A stretch of DNA of 22,670 nt, the filler included, from an uncultured virus (IMG/VR IMGVR_UViG_2061766007_000649) (lineage: Duplodnaviria > Heunggongvirae > Uroviricota > Caudoviricetes > Crassvirales). It is 2 parts of one record of this genome, joined end to end, with 100 filler letters (N's around TTAATTAATTAA, not from the genome) between each part and the next. Parts side by side here need not be neighbours in the genome. Positions count along the whole stretch, not along the records: positions 1 to 1,182 come from IMGVR_UViG_2061766007_000649; positions 1,283 to 22,670 come from IMGVR_UViG_2061766007_000649. One strand, 5' to 3'. Below the pieces are notes generated by a model. That model did no database searches. It saw nothing but the letters and a program-made list of their open reading frames with translations, and was not told where the DNA came from. Positions 1 to 10,405 of the stretch are shown in pieces. Position 1 is the stretch's first letter. The number at the start of each line of letters is the position of its first letter. A program made the position numbers and the translations under genes.

Positions 1-510
1 CTCTAATAGACTCCAGCCACTGCACATCATTGGCACCATATCTTATAATCTCCTCATCAAGTTTTGAATAGATAATTTTGCCACGAACTGATTTATCTAA
101 TTCTATTCCTAGATATTCTTCACCAGCAGACTTTAAACTCATACTGTGAATACCAGCAGNNNNNNNNNNNNNNNNNNNNNNNNNNNNNAGACTTTCTTAA
201 TTATAATACCATATTTATAAAACCACTTTAAATCAAACTTGGCATTCCATAATAGGAACAGTCTGTCTGATTCAAGATATTCTTTATAACGAAGAATGTC
301 TATAGTTGTGGTATCTATAACAACTTGAAAATCTTTACATCCTAACTGAACAAGCTTTAGTTCTTTTGTATATGGGTCCAATCCTGTAGTTTCAGTATCT
401 AGCCCCACTATTTCTAATGGGGCTAGAATATCAAGAGATTCTTGTACTGAAACTAATTTAATATCCGGAATATCAAATATAAATTGAGTAGCGGATACTA
501 AATAAATCAT
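1..510 (-). CDS. polA: Family A DNA polymerase, N-terminal 3'-5' exonuclease domain (runs off the window)
   Basis: ExoI GLDTETTGL and ExoII NAKFD; after the gap (159->1) the frame reads SLKSAGEEYLG...RYGANDV (ExoIII YxxxD). Start overlaps the upstream stop (TAATG). Confidence 0.9.
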
Positions 511-700
511 TACCGATACGCTATTAATTCTCTAAAATCAAGAATATACCTATACTTTTCAAAGAAGCGATTTCCCAGAATACCATGTAATTTGATGCCA
601 CTTTCTTGTTCAATAGTACTAAATGCAGCACTTAAATCAATAGCACCAAATTCTTCAGTAAACTTCTGGTCTTTATATCCTATCTCTATAGAATAATGAT
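510..700 (-). CDS. C-terminal part of a retropepsin-like (clan AA) aspartic protease
   Basis: Not in the ORF track. Manual translation HYSIEIGYKDQKFTEEFGAIDLSAAFSTIEQESGIKLHGILGNRFFEKYRYILDFRELIAYR*; GILG..F..Y..ILDF matches the retropepsin C-terminal motif. The catalytic D[TS]G is not visible. Confidence 0.65.
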
Positions 701-710
701 NNNNNNNNNN

Positions 711-1182
711 CCGGACTCAGCAACAAAACAGGCCCTAGTTTCAGCATCAGCAGGCAAATTCAAGAGATTAACATATTCAATATTATCTGCTTTATCCTTA
801 CCCCCCGATGTAATTCTGGTAGTGTCTGCTCCCATTTGCTGGNNNNNNNNNNNNNNNNNNNNNNNNNNNNNNNNNNNNNTACCGGATTGATTTGCTCTAA
901 AAAGTTTTCTCCATAAGTAGATGTAACTTTAACAGCTTCCTTATATTCTAGATATAGTGGGATGAGACTACATTTATCAGCTTGTGGCTTTAAAGTTTTA
1001 GCATNNNNNNNNNNTCTCTTTGTCTTGTACAACAACATCTACTCCATATTTCTTAAATACAGGGATTAATTGTTTGGCGCTATTCCAATTGATTGATACT
1101 TTAGGAGTTAAGTCAAAGGCTTCTTCTCTGAATAAATCACCTTGAACATCAACATAGATATAGGGAGAATCTGGTATATTCT
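711..1182 (-). CDS. polA: Internal fragment of a family A DNA polymerase (thumb to start of palm), out of order and flanked by N gaps
   Basis: Manual translation of three gap-separated pieces: QGDLF...INWNSAKQL; LYLEYKEAVKVTSTYG; QMGADTTRITSGG...NLLNLPADAETRACFVAESG (cf. PolA N.NS.KQL, K..STY, TGRLSS, NLQNIP, R.AF.A..G). Confidence 0.85.
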
Positions 1183-1226
1183 NNNNNNNNNNNNNNNNNN
1201 NNNNNNNNNNNNNNNNNNNNNNNNNN

Positions 1227-1238
1227 TTAATTAATTAA
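1227..1238. other. TTAATTAATTAA island between N runs; probable artificial contig/scaffold linker
   Basis: Palindromic 12-mer with stops in all six frames, isolated between two N runs. Confidence 0.6.
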
Positions 1239-1282
1239 NNNNNNNNNNNNNNNNNNNNNNNNNNNNNNNNNNNNNNNNNNNN

Positions 1283-1355
1283 GATGAATCCATTCCATAA
1301 CTAGAACTGCAATACATACAAGAATAACGAAGGCAATTAAAATTAGTTTATCCAT
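1283..1355 (-). CDS. N-terminal membrane anchor, probably of the aspartic protease ending at 510
   Basis: MDKLILIAFVILVCIAVLVMEWIH; ATG overlaps the dUTPase stop (TAATG); the frame runs into an N gap. Confidence 0.55.
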
Positions 1356-1779
1356 TATTTACCTGTACTTCCAAATCCACCATCTCCTCTCTCTGTCTTA
1401 GCCAGTTCTTCAACTTCTAAGAACTCCACTTTTNNNNNNNNNNNNNNNNAACTCTATCTCCTACCTGATAAGGAGGTGTTGCAGGAATATCGTCTCTGTA
1501 CTTATACATCAACATCAACTCTCCAGTGTAATCACTATCTAGCACTCCAACATGATTAGCAAGATAATAGCTGGTTTTTCGGTTAGAACTTCTTGGGAAT
1601 ATAAGCATTACATAGCCTTCAGGGAGCTGGAATGACAGTCCTGTATGGTATACCCAGCAATCATTCTTTGCGTCATATTCTCTACTAGTAGCAGTCACAT
1701 CCATTCCTGCACTTCCAACAGTAGCATATGTAGGTATTACTGCTTTATCAGTTAGCTTTTTTATCTTTACTTCAATCAT
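1355..1779 (-). CDS. dut: Trimeric dUTPase
   Basis: AGMDV, PRSS and GVLDSDYTG motifs; after the gap the frame reads KVEFLEVEELAKTERGDGGFGSTGK* (motif 5). Confidence 0.96.
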
Positions 1780-3918
1780 TTAGACTTTCTTTTTTAGCAT
1801 AGAACCTAGTCTGAGCTTCCTTATATCTCTCCTTGTCAAAGTACTTGATAGGTCTTAAGAACCCAATAACCCTTGTCCACCAAGANNNNNNNNNNNNNNN
1901 NNNNNNNNNNNNNNNNNNNNNNNNNATAGGATGCTTAGTAATAAAATGACAGTCATCACATTCACTATTAGGAATATTAAATGTGAAGTATGATGTACCA
2001 TAGTGAATAGCAACATTAATTAGAGATAGATACTGTTCCTTACTAAGGTGCTCTTCAAGATTACAATGTAACCCTACTCCTCCATCCAGCAATTCTGTAA
2101 ACTCCTTACCATGAAGCTTGAATTTATCAAGTATAGTAGTCTTGGGGTCAGATGCAATATAGAAATAGGAGTTATAAAGATTTCTNNNNNNNNNNNNNNN
2201 NNNNNNNNNNNNNNNNNNNNNNNNNNNCCAACCATAGTTCTTACTGGACAGTCCTTCTGCAGGAACTAATTCAGTATTGAACTGAAAATCTTTAGTAGAA
2301 TGAAGTTTATTTTGCTCTGAGATAGTTCCTGTAATAAGCCTACAGAACTCTTTATACTCATCATTATAGTTGCATTTAATTCCCAAGAATTCAGCTGCTT
2401 CATTAAGACCATTAATACCAATAGTATTAAACAATTNNNNNNNNNNNNNNNNNNNNNNNNNNNNGCATCTTCAACTTCATAGAGTAAAGTTTTATAAGCA
2501 ATGTGATACTTATAAACCTTTTCAAGAATGCCTATAAGATACTCGTGTAGGTCTGCCCAAGAATTTCTAGCATCTTCTTGAGTCCAGTCTCCCCTGTTAG
2601 CATCCATCATCATCTTACTCCAATCCTGAATAATCCTGTTAAGATTAAGAGTAATCACATTGGCACTGCCAGTTTGAACTCCAGTAAGACCATTAGTAAA
2701 AGAGAAGACATTCTCTGCAATTTCATTTCTGAGTCTGCAGCAAGAGGCCAAAGCATTGGGATTATCAGAGATATAAGTAAAGAAGGAATGTCCTTTGCTA
2801 TACATTTCTGCAACAAAATCTTTCCATTCTGTATCCTTGATGTCTCCATCTTCACTAAGCAATGCAACTGTTTCAACAGGAAAGGTTAATAGAGTCTTAG
2901 TTCTCTCATTATTAAACCATTCCATAAAGTCATGCTGCAGCCAGTTAACTCTCTCCCATTTGGGCTGTGTACCATCAGGGAAATAGAAATCATCAAACAG
3001 CGCGTGCCAATAGTTCTCATCATAATAAGAAATATTGGTAAACGGCGACTGATAACTTCTATTACCTGCAGGCTGATTCCAACCATAGACAATCTGCTGA
3101 TAGGCTTGATGAATGGCATCAACTATCTTTCTCTTAGGAAGTTCTGATGCTTCAACTCTATAAGCCATCTCATGATAGAATGGCCCAAAATCTTTGACAC
3201 AGAAGTAATCCAAGAAATTGAAGAACTCTCCAAATGCTACGGCTCCCTTACATTGGGCAGAGAGAAGGAAGGTTANNNNNNNNNNNNNNNNNNNNNNNNN
3301 GAACTAAGATTCTTTGGGGCAACAGTTCCTAAACCATCCATTCCCTTTGTACCTTCTACAAGTAGGGGATATAGAGAAACTGCTTCACAATAATTCTTAA
3401 CTGCTGGGGAAGACGCTTCATCATGAGCATAGATAATGTGGTGTTCAAGGTCCTTTACATATTGGTCAGCAACTTCAGGGAATTGCTTCTCAAGTTGCTT
3501 AGTCATTCTATACCTTTGAATCTGTCTATTGATTGACTTGTATACCTCACCATCAATGTTTGCCACATTCTTGATTGCCACATTTGCATTGGCATCTGTT
3601 TCTGACGAAGTGGCAGCATTTTNNNNNNNNNNNNNNNNNNNNNNNNNNNNCTTTATGTTTCTCTCTATAAGAGTGATAGGCAAGGGCAGTATCCCATTCT
3701 CCTGCAGCAATTATACTTTTGACAACATCATCTTGAATATCCTCAATGTCAGTAATACTGTCATCTGAATGCTTCATTTCAACTGTGTCATGTACAATTT
3801 TCTGTACAAGTTCTGGTACTGCCTTACCCTGAGCATCGAATGCCTTTTTGACAGCGTTGTCAATCTTCTCCCAACTAAAGGGCTCTAAACTCCCATTTCT
3901 TTTTCTTACATTAATCAT
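1772..3918 (-). CDS. nrdD: Anaerobic (class III) ribonucleoside-triphosphate reductase with N-terminal ATP cone
   Basis: Merged from four ORF-track pieces: VRKRNG ATP cone, YCEAVSL, QSPFTNIS, SCCRLRN finger loop, CDDC, WTRVIGFLRP glycyl-radical loop. Confidence 0.93.
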
Positions 3919-4944
3919 AGCTTTTCTGTAACCACTCTGTTATATCATTATCCCCCACTAAGTTAATTCCTACTGGAACCTGAGGTCTATTATTAAGATA
4001 ATAAGATAACTCCTTACCTATAACCTCAGGGTCTCTGAGCTTAAGAGGGGGGTTATTATCTACAACAATTGTGCCCAAGTCTTGAGTCTGGGAGAACAGC
4101 CAAACAAGGGGAGTGAGGGTACTTTTATTTACCACTATGAATCTGTAATTGTCAAGAGTGAAGTCTTTGAAATAGGGGTCTCTATTAAGATTGTCTCGAA
4201 TGATTCTCCAATAAAGCCTTGCTTGAATCTGGTAGTCCCACTGAACAAAAGACTTGAAGAAATCCCACTCAGTATGAGAAGAGGTCTTCAAATCAATGGG
4301 ATAAATTATTTTGTTGTTATAATCTACTAATAGTAAATCACTCATACAACGATAATTAACCCCATCAAATGTAGCTTTAAACTTTAGCTGATATAAATGT
4401 TCAANNNNNNNNNNGGGCAAAGAATGTCTTAGTGGACTCAGATTCTCTTAGTGCCCTTACAGAAGCCAGTACATCAGAATACATCTCACTGCTGATAAGA
4501 GTTTTACCCTCAGTTAAATGTAACAAATCATAATAATCTGATGCACCTTCATCTTTAAGTTTCTTCAGTTTAGTCTCTGCCTTACAGTTGTTCCAATACT
4601 CATACTTCTCAATTGCTTCTAAGACTTTTATATCTGAGATATCATCATAAGTCCTACAAGCAATATGATTATCAGCAAAAAGCTCTTTAATGATTCTAGC
4701 TGNNNNNNNNNNNNNNNNNNNCTGCCACAATAAACCTACTTTGGAATTCAGAATCTCCTCCAGTAATAATAGCATCAACAGCACTGCCAAAAGTAAGGGA
4801 AACAGTTTCTTTTCTATCATAAAGACTCTCTAAACCATTAAACCCAGATCTTTCATAGGTAGCAAGAGTAGAANNNNNNNNNNNNNNNNNNNNNNNNNNN
4901 NNNNNNNNNNNNNNNCTAATCTCTTTTAGTGATTTCTCTCTCAT
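3911..4944 (-). CDS. PD-(D/E)XK exonuclease (exonuclease VIII/RecB-like)
   Basis: Merged across gaps: FGSAVD.II, SDLLLVD...IDLKTS, YQIQARLY. Confidence 0.8.
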
Positions 4945-4946
4945 CT

Positions 4947-5252
4947 CTACAAAACGTCCTCGTCACCATCATAATCAAAGTCATCCTCAATCTCTTCCAC
5001 TTCAGGATAAATGAGGTAATAGTATTCATCACACACTAATGCCAACTCTCTAATTTTATCTATATCAAGACTTTGATATTTGGCGGGAACCTCTCCCTTC
5101 TCATAGAAATTTTCTATAATTTGAAGACAAGACCATGTTAAGTCTTTAAGAGATTCCCAGTCTTTCTTTTCCACAAATTTCTTGGCTAGATTAGCATCTT
5201 TTGTTGGCAAGTTTGGGATGAGTGCATTAATCTGTTGTAATGGACTCGACAT
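4947..5252 (-). CDS. Hypothetical protein with acidic C-terminus
   Basis: Intact 101-aa ORF tightly packed in the operon. Confidence 0.75.
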   Translation of the reverse strand: MSSPLQQINALIPNLPTKDANLAKKFVEKKDWESLKDLTWSCLQIIENFYEKGEVPAKYQSLDIDKIRELALVCDEYYYLIYPEVEEIEDDFDYDGDEDVL

Positions 5253-5732
5253 AATTATTAACTATTTCTAGTGCTTGAAGTAATTGCCTTTTGGTATAAA
5301 TCTCAAAGAATATAGACCTTTTACCTTCCTTTTCAAATCTATCATCAAGGAACTTTCTAAACAGTTTTTTCTTAACATAGAAGACATCATTCTCTATGCC
5401 CTTAACCTCAATCCAAACATCAACTTCCCCAACTTTAAAATGAAAATCTGGAGTATAGCGAATACCCACTACTTTATCAGATTTTAATATTAATTGTTTA
5501 GGAGTTTTCTTGTCTGGACTCTCAGCTAAATTTCTNNNNNNNNNNNNNNNNNNNNNNNNNNNNNNNNNNNNGGGGTAAATCCTTCCCAGAGAACAAATGT
5601 ATATTTCTCATACTCTGGTTCTATATTGTTTTCTACCAGAGTTTTATATACCATCTTCTCCAGTTGAGATTTAAAGGTAATCCCTTTGGCTTTGATTAGA
5701 GTGGCATTTCTAATTTTTTTGTTATTAGACAT
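5227..5732 (-). CDS. Small PD-(D/E)XK endonuclease (T7 endonuclease I/DUF1064-like, possible resolvase)
   Basis: Merged across a gap: GITFKSQLE, EYE, YTPDF, IEVKG. Confidence 0.75.
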
Positions 5733-6396
5733 TAGATTGCTTCTCCATTAAATTCAGTATACCACACAATCTCCTCATTGTATTGTCCTTTAAGATACTC
5801 ATTGACTTTCTTAAAAATCTCTGAGGGCATCCTTTGTCCTGTTCTGGCATAGTAGGCTGGGTGATTTTCTTTAAGTATATAATTGCCACNNNNNNNNNNN
5901 NNNTGTTTGTGCCTGTTTGCCAAACAGAACATAGACAATACCTGTTTGATAGTTTGAAAAAGACTCTAAGAAATTTGAAATAAAGGGCCTCCACATTGCT
6001 GTGTGAGACCCTATCTTATTTACTTCAACGGTTAGAGCAGAGTTAATCATTAAGATTCCCTGTTTAGCCCAGCTCTCTAAACTATTATCAAACTCTNNNN
6101 NNNNNNNTGTAGTCTATAGCAGCATCTTTAATGACTTGCAATGAAGGAGATAAATCTTCTGTATCTAATGCATTCCCAAATAAAATACCAGTAGCAACGC
6201 CTTTTTGAGGATATGGATCCTGCCCCAAAAACACAACTTTACAATCACTCATAGGACATAAAGTAAATGCTTNNNNNNNNNNNNNNNNNNNNNNNNNNNN
6301 NNNNCATATATTTTCTGGATTGATTTGATTTAACACCTTAAATAATATAGAAGTATCTATCACCTTCATCCAGTCATTAAAAACTTCTGCCATCAT
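5732..6396 (-). CDS. ung: Family 1 uracil-DNA glycosylase
   Basis: VVFLGQDPYP; manual middle piece WAKQGILMINSALTV...GSH...YVLFGKQAQ; C-terminal HPA. Confidence 0.92.
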
Positions 6397-7103
6397 ATTT
6401 TATTTGTTCTAAAACTTCTCCAATCCTAGCTTTTAGGACTGAATTGATGTCTTTGTTCACATTAGTCCCAGGAGTAGGCTTAGTGGGCTTTATAAACAAA
6501 TCAGCANNNNNNNNNNNNNNNNNNNNNNNNNNNNNNNNATTGTCCCCAACTCCCTACATCGTGAGTTAAATAATATGCAATTCCCTTTTTAAGAAGAGAT
6601 TTATTAAGAGAACTCACATCATCTGTAAAGACTGCAGGAGACACATGTACTGTTGTTTTAGAAGTAGCATTATTTGAGAAGTTCAGGGTCCTGGTAACAT
6701 ATATCAGTGGATTAAAGTCTTTATCAAGCACCACACCGTTACCGCCATAATATATTTCTCCTTTAGGAGTTACTACTTTGGTCAACCTTCCAAGCCTCTG
6801 AGTAAATGTCTTCATAATAGTGTCGGCCCCACTACATGTCTTGCTCCTATCTCCTAAAATCAATGGTACTACTATGGTAATAAACTGATTCTCTTCCATA
6901 TTCATACGGGGCTCACGCATGATACGAATTGTCTCATTATAGGCCATAATAGGAATATCTCCGCCCTCTCTAGTCACCTTGAATTTCATTTCTATGGGAG
7001 AGTCAGTCACATTTTGACTGTTTGCTCCAGAGAAATTATAGATGTTACTGTCAGGAGAAGAGAATCTACTCATAGTAGTACAGTAGTTATAACTAAAGTC
7101 CAT
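6377..7103 (-). CDS. Hypothetical protein translationally coupled to the ThiF/E1 gene
   Basis: ATG overlaps the ThiF stop (TAATG at 7101-7105); after the gap it reads ADLFIKPTKP...YDGRSF*. Confidence 0.75.
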
Positions 7104-8149
7104 TATGAAACTACTTTAAAGAACATAGTGTCTGCAGAATACTCAGTAAAGAATGGTAAATCCCTAGGAATTNNNNNNNNNNNNNNNNNNNNNNNNNNNN
7201 NNNNNNNNNNNNNNNNNNNNNNNNNNNNNNNNNNNNNNNNNNNNNNNNNNNNNNNNNNNNNNNNNNNNNNNNNNNNNNNNNNNNNNNNNNNNNNNNNNNN
7301 NNNNNNNNNNNNNNNNNNNNNNNNNNNNNNNNNNNNNNNNNNNNNNNNNNNNNNNNNNNNNNNNNNNNNNNNNNNNNNNNNNNNNNNNNNNNNNNNNNNN
7401 NNNNNNNNNNNNNNNNNNNNNNNNNNNNNNNNNNNNNNNNNNNNNNNNNNNNNNNNNNNNNNNNNNNNNNNNNNNNNNNNNNNNNNNNNNNNNNNNNNNN
7501 NNNNNNNNNNNNNNNNNNNNNNCCCTTTATACAGAGAACCTGAAAACTCTCAGCAGCAAGTCTGCCATCAATGAATAAACACTCCTTTCTCTGTTGTTCA
7601 GGAAGAGAGTGGACAAGGGCTTTCCAAGCATTAAAGAAATCCTTTCTTGCTACCATATTATCAAACCCACAAATCATTATTTTAGTGGCAGTAGAGNNNN
7701 NNNNNNCTAGAGTACTGTCCCGCCATTCTAACCATTGCATTAACTTTGGCACTCCCTATATCATCTGTTGAATATAACTGCCCAGACATATTTGCTGCCC
7801 CAACATTATCATCGTCATAGATATATAGAGCCTGAGGATGAAGCCTGGATAGCAGGAAAGTTACATAGCTTCCAATTCCGCCAACCCCAGCAAGAGTTAC
7901 CTGTTTGGCCTGAATATTAGTAAACCAAACAGCCCCGCTGAATCTACTGGTTTCTTCAGAAACTAAGATGCTCTGAGAGTTCACAGGAATCTCAGGATGT
8001 GCAGGCTCCGGTTCTTCACGAATAACAGATTCTTCAGCAGGAGTCTCAACCTCAGCAAAGGCATCTTCGCCCTTAGCATTCCTGTATTCCTCCATTGCTC
8101 TAGCAATGATGGCATCAATTTCACTAGCAATATTAGAGCTTGTCGACAT
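7103..8149 (-). CDS. ThiF/MoeB/E1-family adenylating enzyme
   Basis: SRFSGA, LAGVGGIGS (7871-7888), YDDDNV..NMSGQ, CGFDNMVARK, IDGRL; C-terminus IPRDLPFFTEYSADTMFFKVVS*. The region expected to hold a catalytic Cys is masked (7173-7522). Confidence 0.9.
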
Positions 8150-9222
8150 AAGATGCAAGTAATTCAATGTATTTATCTATATATTTATTCTTTACAGGCA
8201 AAGATTCAAGTTCTTTAGCAATATCAATAGATAACTGATCGGGGGCAACAGCATCCTCCTTAGTATCATCTATACTATACCAAGTTAAGAACTCAATGAA
8301 GTCAGTGGCCCAATATTCAAACAGGAGCATTCCATTCTCTCCTTTACCAAATCTGGCATCAAAGCGCTTCTCCATAGAATCAAGGGCTTTTTTCATATAT
8401 CCAGCATCTCCTTTAGTATAAGTAACATTACCAGTAACTAACTGAGAGACAATGCTATTCACTAGGTCAGTGGTATCAGGCCCTGACTTTGTGGCTTNNN
8501 NNNNNNNNNNNNNNNNNNNNNNNNNNNNNNNNNNNNNNNNNNNNNNNNNNNNNNNNNNNNNNNNTTAGTATTATCATCTTTATGAAGCTGATAGTCCTTT
8601 CCCCAATACTTTGATGTATAAGAATCTGGAGTATAAATGTTTGTAGTAGTCTTTACTGCTTCCTGCTTGGCTTTCTTAATCTCAGCCAGCCTGTCAGCAA
8701 CTTCTACAAAGGGATTCTCAGTAGGCTTTTCAAATTCAATATCAAGATTGAAGTATTCAATCTCTTCTCCTTCAATAGTCTCCTGATGCCCATCACTGAC
8801 AGTACCTCCAAATCCTTCATAAGAGAAACTCCTGACAGAAGTATATTTAATCTTCCTAGTAATTGCTGCTGTATACTTACCGGCATTATTTACAATAAGA
8901 GACACAAAATGGTTCCTCTCATTTCCTTCTTCTTGAAGCGTGGCTAAATCAGTACCACTAAAGAAAGTGCTCATGTTGTTATGAGAATGGATAAGTCCCA
9001 TCTTATAATCAAGAAGCTCAGGATGCTGAGCCATATAACTGATTACATCTGGAGACATATTAAACTCAGTATAAGTAGTGCTACCAATATCCATAGGAAG
9101 AATATCTTCACACCTGATTTCTAATGAGCCATCTTCAAAATTTCCTGAAGGAGTATAGAATAGAACTCCCGACCACTCGGTGTCCCACACTCTCTCGCAG
9201 AGGAAGCGGATTAACTTCTCAA
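8133..9222 (-). CDS. JAB/MPN+ (JAMM) metallopeptidase with C-terminal extension; start lies in gap 9223-9292
   Basis: EWSG followed by HSHNNMSTFFSGTD = HxH-x7-S-x2-D (8948-8989). The 8133-8462 ORF is open back to the gap and is probably the same protein. Confidence 0.88.
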
Positions 9223-9292
9223 NNNNNNNNNNNNNNNNNNNNNNNNNNNNNNNNNNNNNNNNNNNNNNNNNNNNNNNNNNNNNNNNNNNNNN

Positions 9293-10359
9293 AGAATCTT
9301 TGTGGCAATATAACCAGCAATTCTTTCATTTAAAATAGTAGTACTAGTGCTTGTTTCCTCCTCATCACGGGGAGCATCAGAGAAAGAAACACGAACATCT
9401 CTTCCTTTAAAAGTACAAATAAACTCTCCAGCAAACCTATCATAGTTTAGAAGACCTGAACTATNNNNNNNNNNNNNNNNNNNNNNNNNNNNNNNNNNNN
9501 NNNNNNNNNNNNNGTCTCTAAAAGTAGAGACCAAATTATGATGAGCAAACTCTTTATTATACCATTTAATGAAAGCGTTGCTTATAGAAATCAAAAAGTT
9601 TGTAGGAGACATTGCCAGTCTATATTTACCAGATACATAGGTAAATTTCAAAACATTATTGTCTACAACATACTTGATAAATTTAGCAATTTGAGGAAGA
9701 GTTACTACATCTCTTCCTAAATCGTAAGTGGTTAAAAAGGATTGATAATTGATCCTTGGAAATAGCCTATATAAAGAATTTCTCCTGTCTGTAAGCTGCT
9801 CTAATCTATGATACGGAGTTCCTGCAATAGATTCAACCTGTACAAATCTATCCAGTTCTAGACAGAACAACCTCCATAAATCCTCATCATAGCCATGAAT
9901 CAATGAACATATTGTATTATTGATAGGGCCACTTCCTGTACAAGGAGTTTGAAACTCTGTAAAATCATCAGTGGGAATACTACATACATGGCTATGCATA
10001 TAGTTATTTGTAAAATGCTGTACAGTATATTCTGCTCTGTTTAAGGAGAACTTATATTTTAGCTTTCCATCAATATCAATAGATACTTTGGCATAGAGAT
10101 GATTAACATAAGTAAACTTATCAAATTCATTTGTTACTTTTACATGGGGGAAATGTACCAATATAAATATATTTGGAGTATTTCTCCTTATGTATGCGTT
10201 GATGCCTTCCACATTTCTGCTACGAGCAGGAATATCAGGAAGAGCAGGAATCCCCTGTAAGTCTACTCTGTCTTCACCAAAGAACTCATTAAATATAGTG
10301 AGAATCTGTAACGGCTTCTCTATACTCTGATTATATACTTGCAGTAGTTCTTCCGTCAN
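9293..10359 (-). CDS. Putative prokaryotic E2 (UBC-fold) conjugating enzyme; stop lies in the gap
   Basis: Frame is open from (N)TG at 10359 (MTEELLQ...). YMHSHV...PCTGSGPI resembles the E2 HPN/HPH...C[L]G flap and catalytic Cys (Cys codon 9940-9942). It lies between the Ubl and JAB genes. Confidence 0.6.
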
Positions 10360-10376
10360 NNNNNNNNNNNNNNNNN

Positions 10377-10393
10377 TGGGTTATCCCCACCCC
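10377..10393 (-). terminator. GC-rich hairpin just downstream of the Ubl gene (3' arm and U-tract masked)
   Basis: Minus strand reads GGGGTGGG-GATAA-CCCA[N...], 12 nt after the Ubl stop. Confidence 0.4.
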
Positions 10394-10405
10394 TATATTA
10401 GTTTA

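Noticed and set aside
3911..4944. Cas4/CRISPR association of the PD-(D/E)XK nuclease
   Set aside because: No Fe-S cysteine cluster and no repeat-spacer array in the visible sequence.
7173..7522. Possible intron or intein hidden in the large N gaps (also 14059-14352)
   Set aside because: The content is invisible and gap sizes are unreliable; the DnaB gap roughly matches the expected missing C-terminus.
1772..7752. Apparent frameshifts or split genes in nrdD, the nucleases, ung and ThiF
   Set aside because: Every frame change coincides with an N run, so gap lengths are unreliable; there is no evidence of pseudogenes or programmed frameshifts.
7103..8149. ThiF as a thiamine/molybdopterin or RiPP biosynthesis enzyme
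   Set aside because: No thiG, moaE, YcaO or precursor/transporter genes nearby; the neighbours are JAB, E2-like and Ubl-like. Not fully excluded, because the catalytic Cys region is masked.
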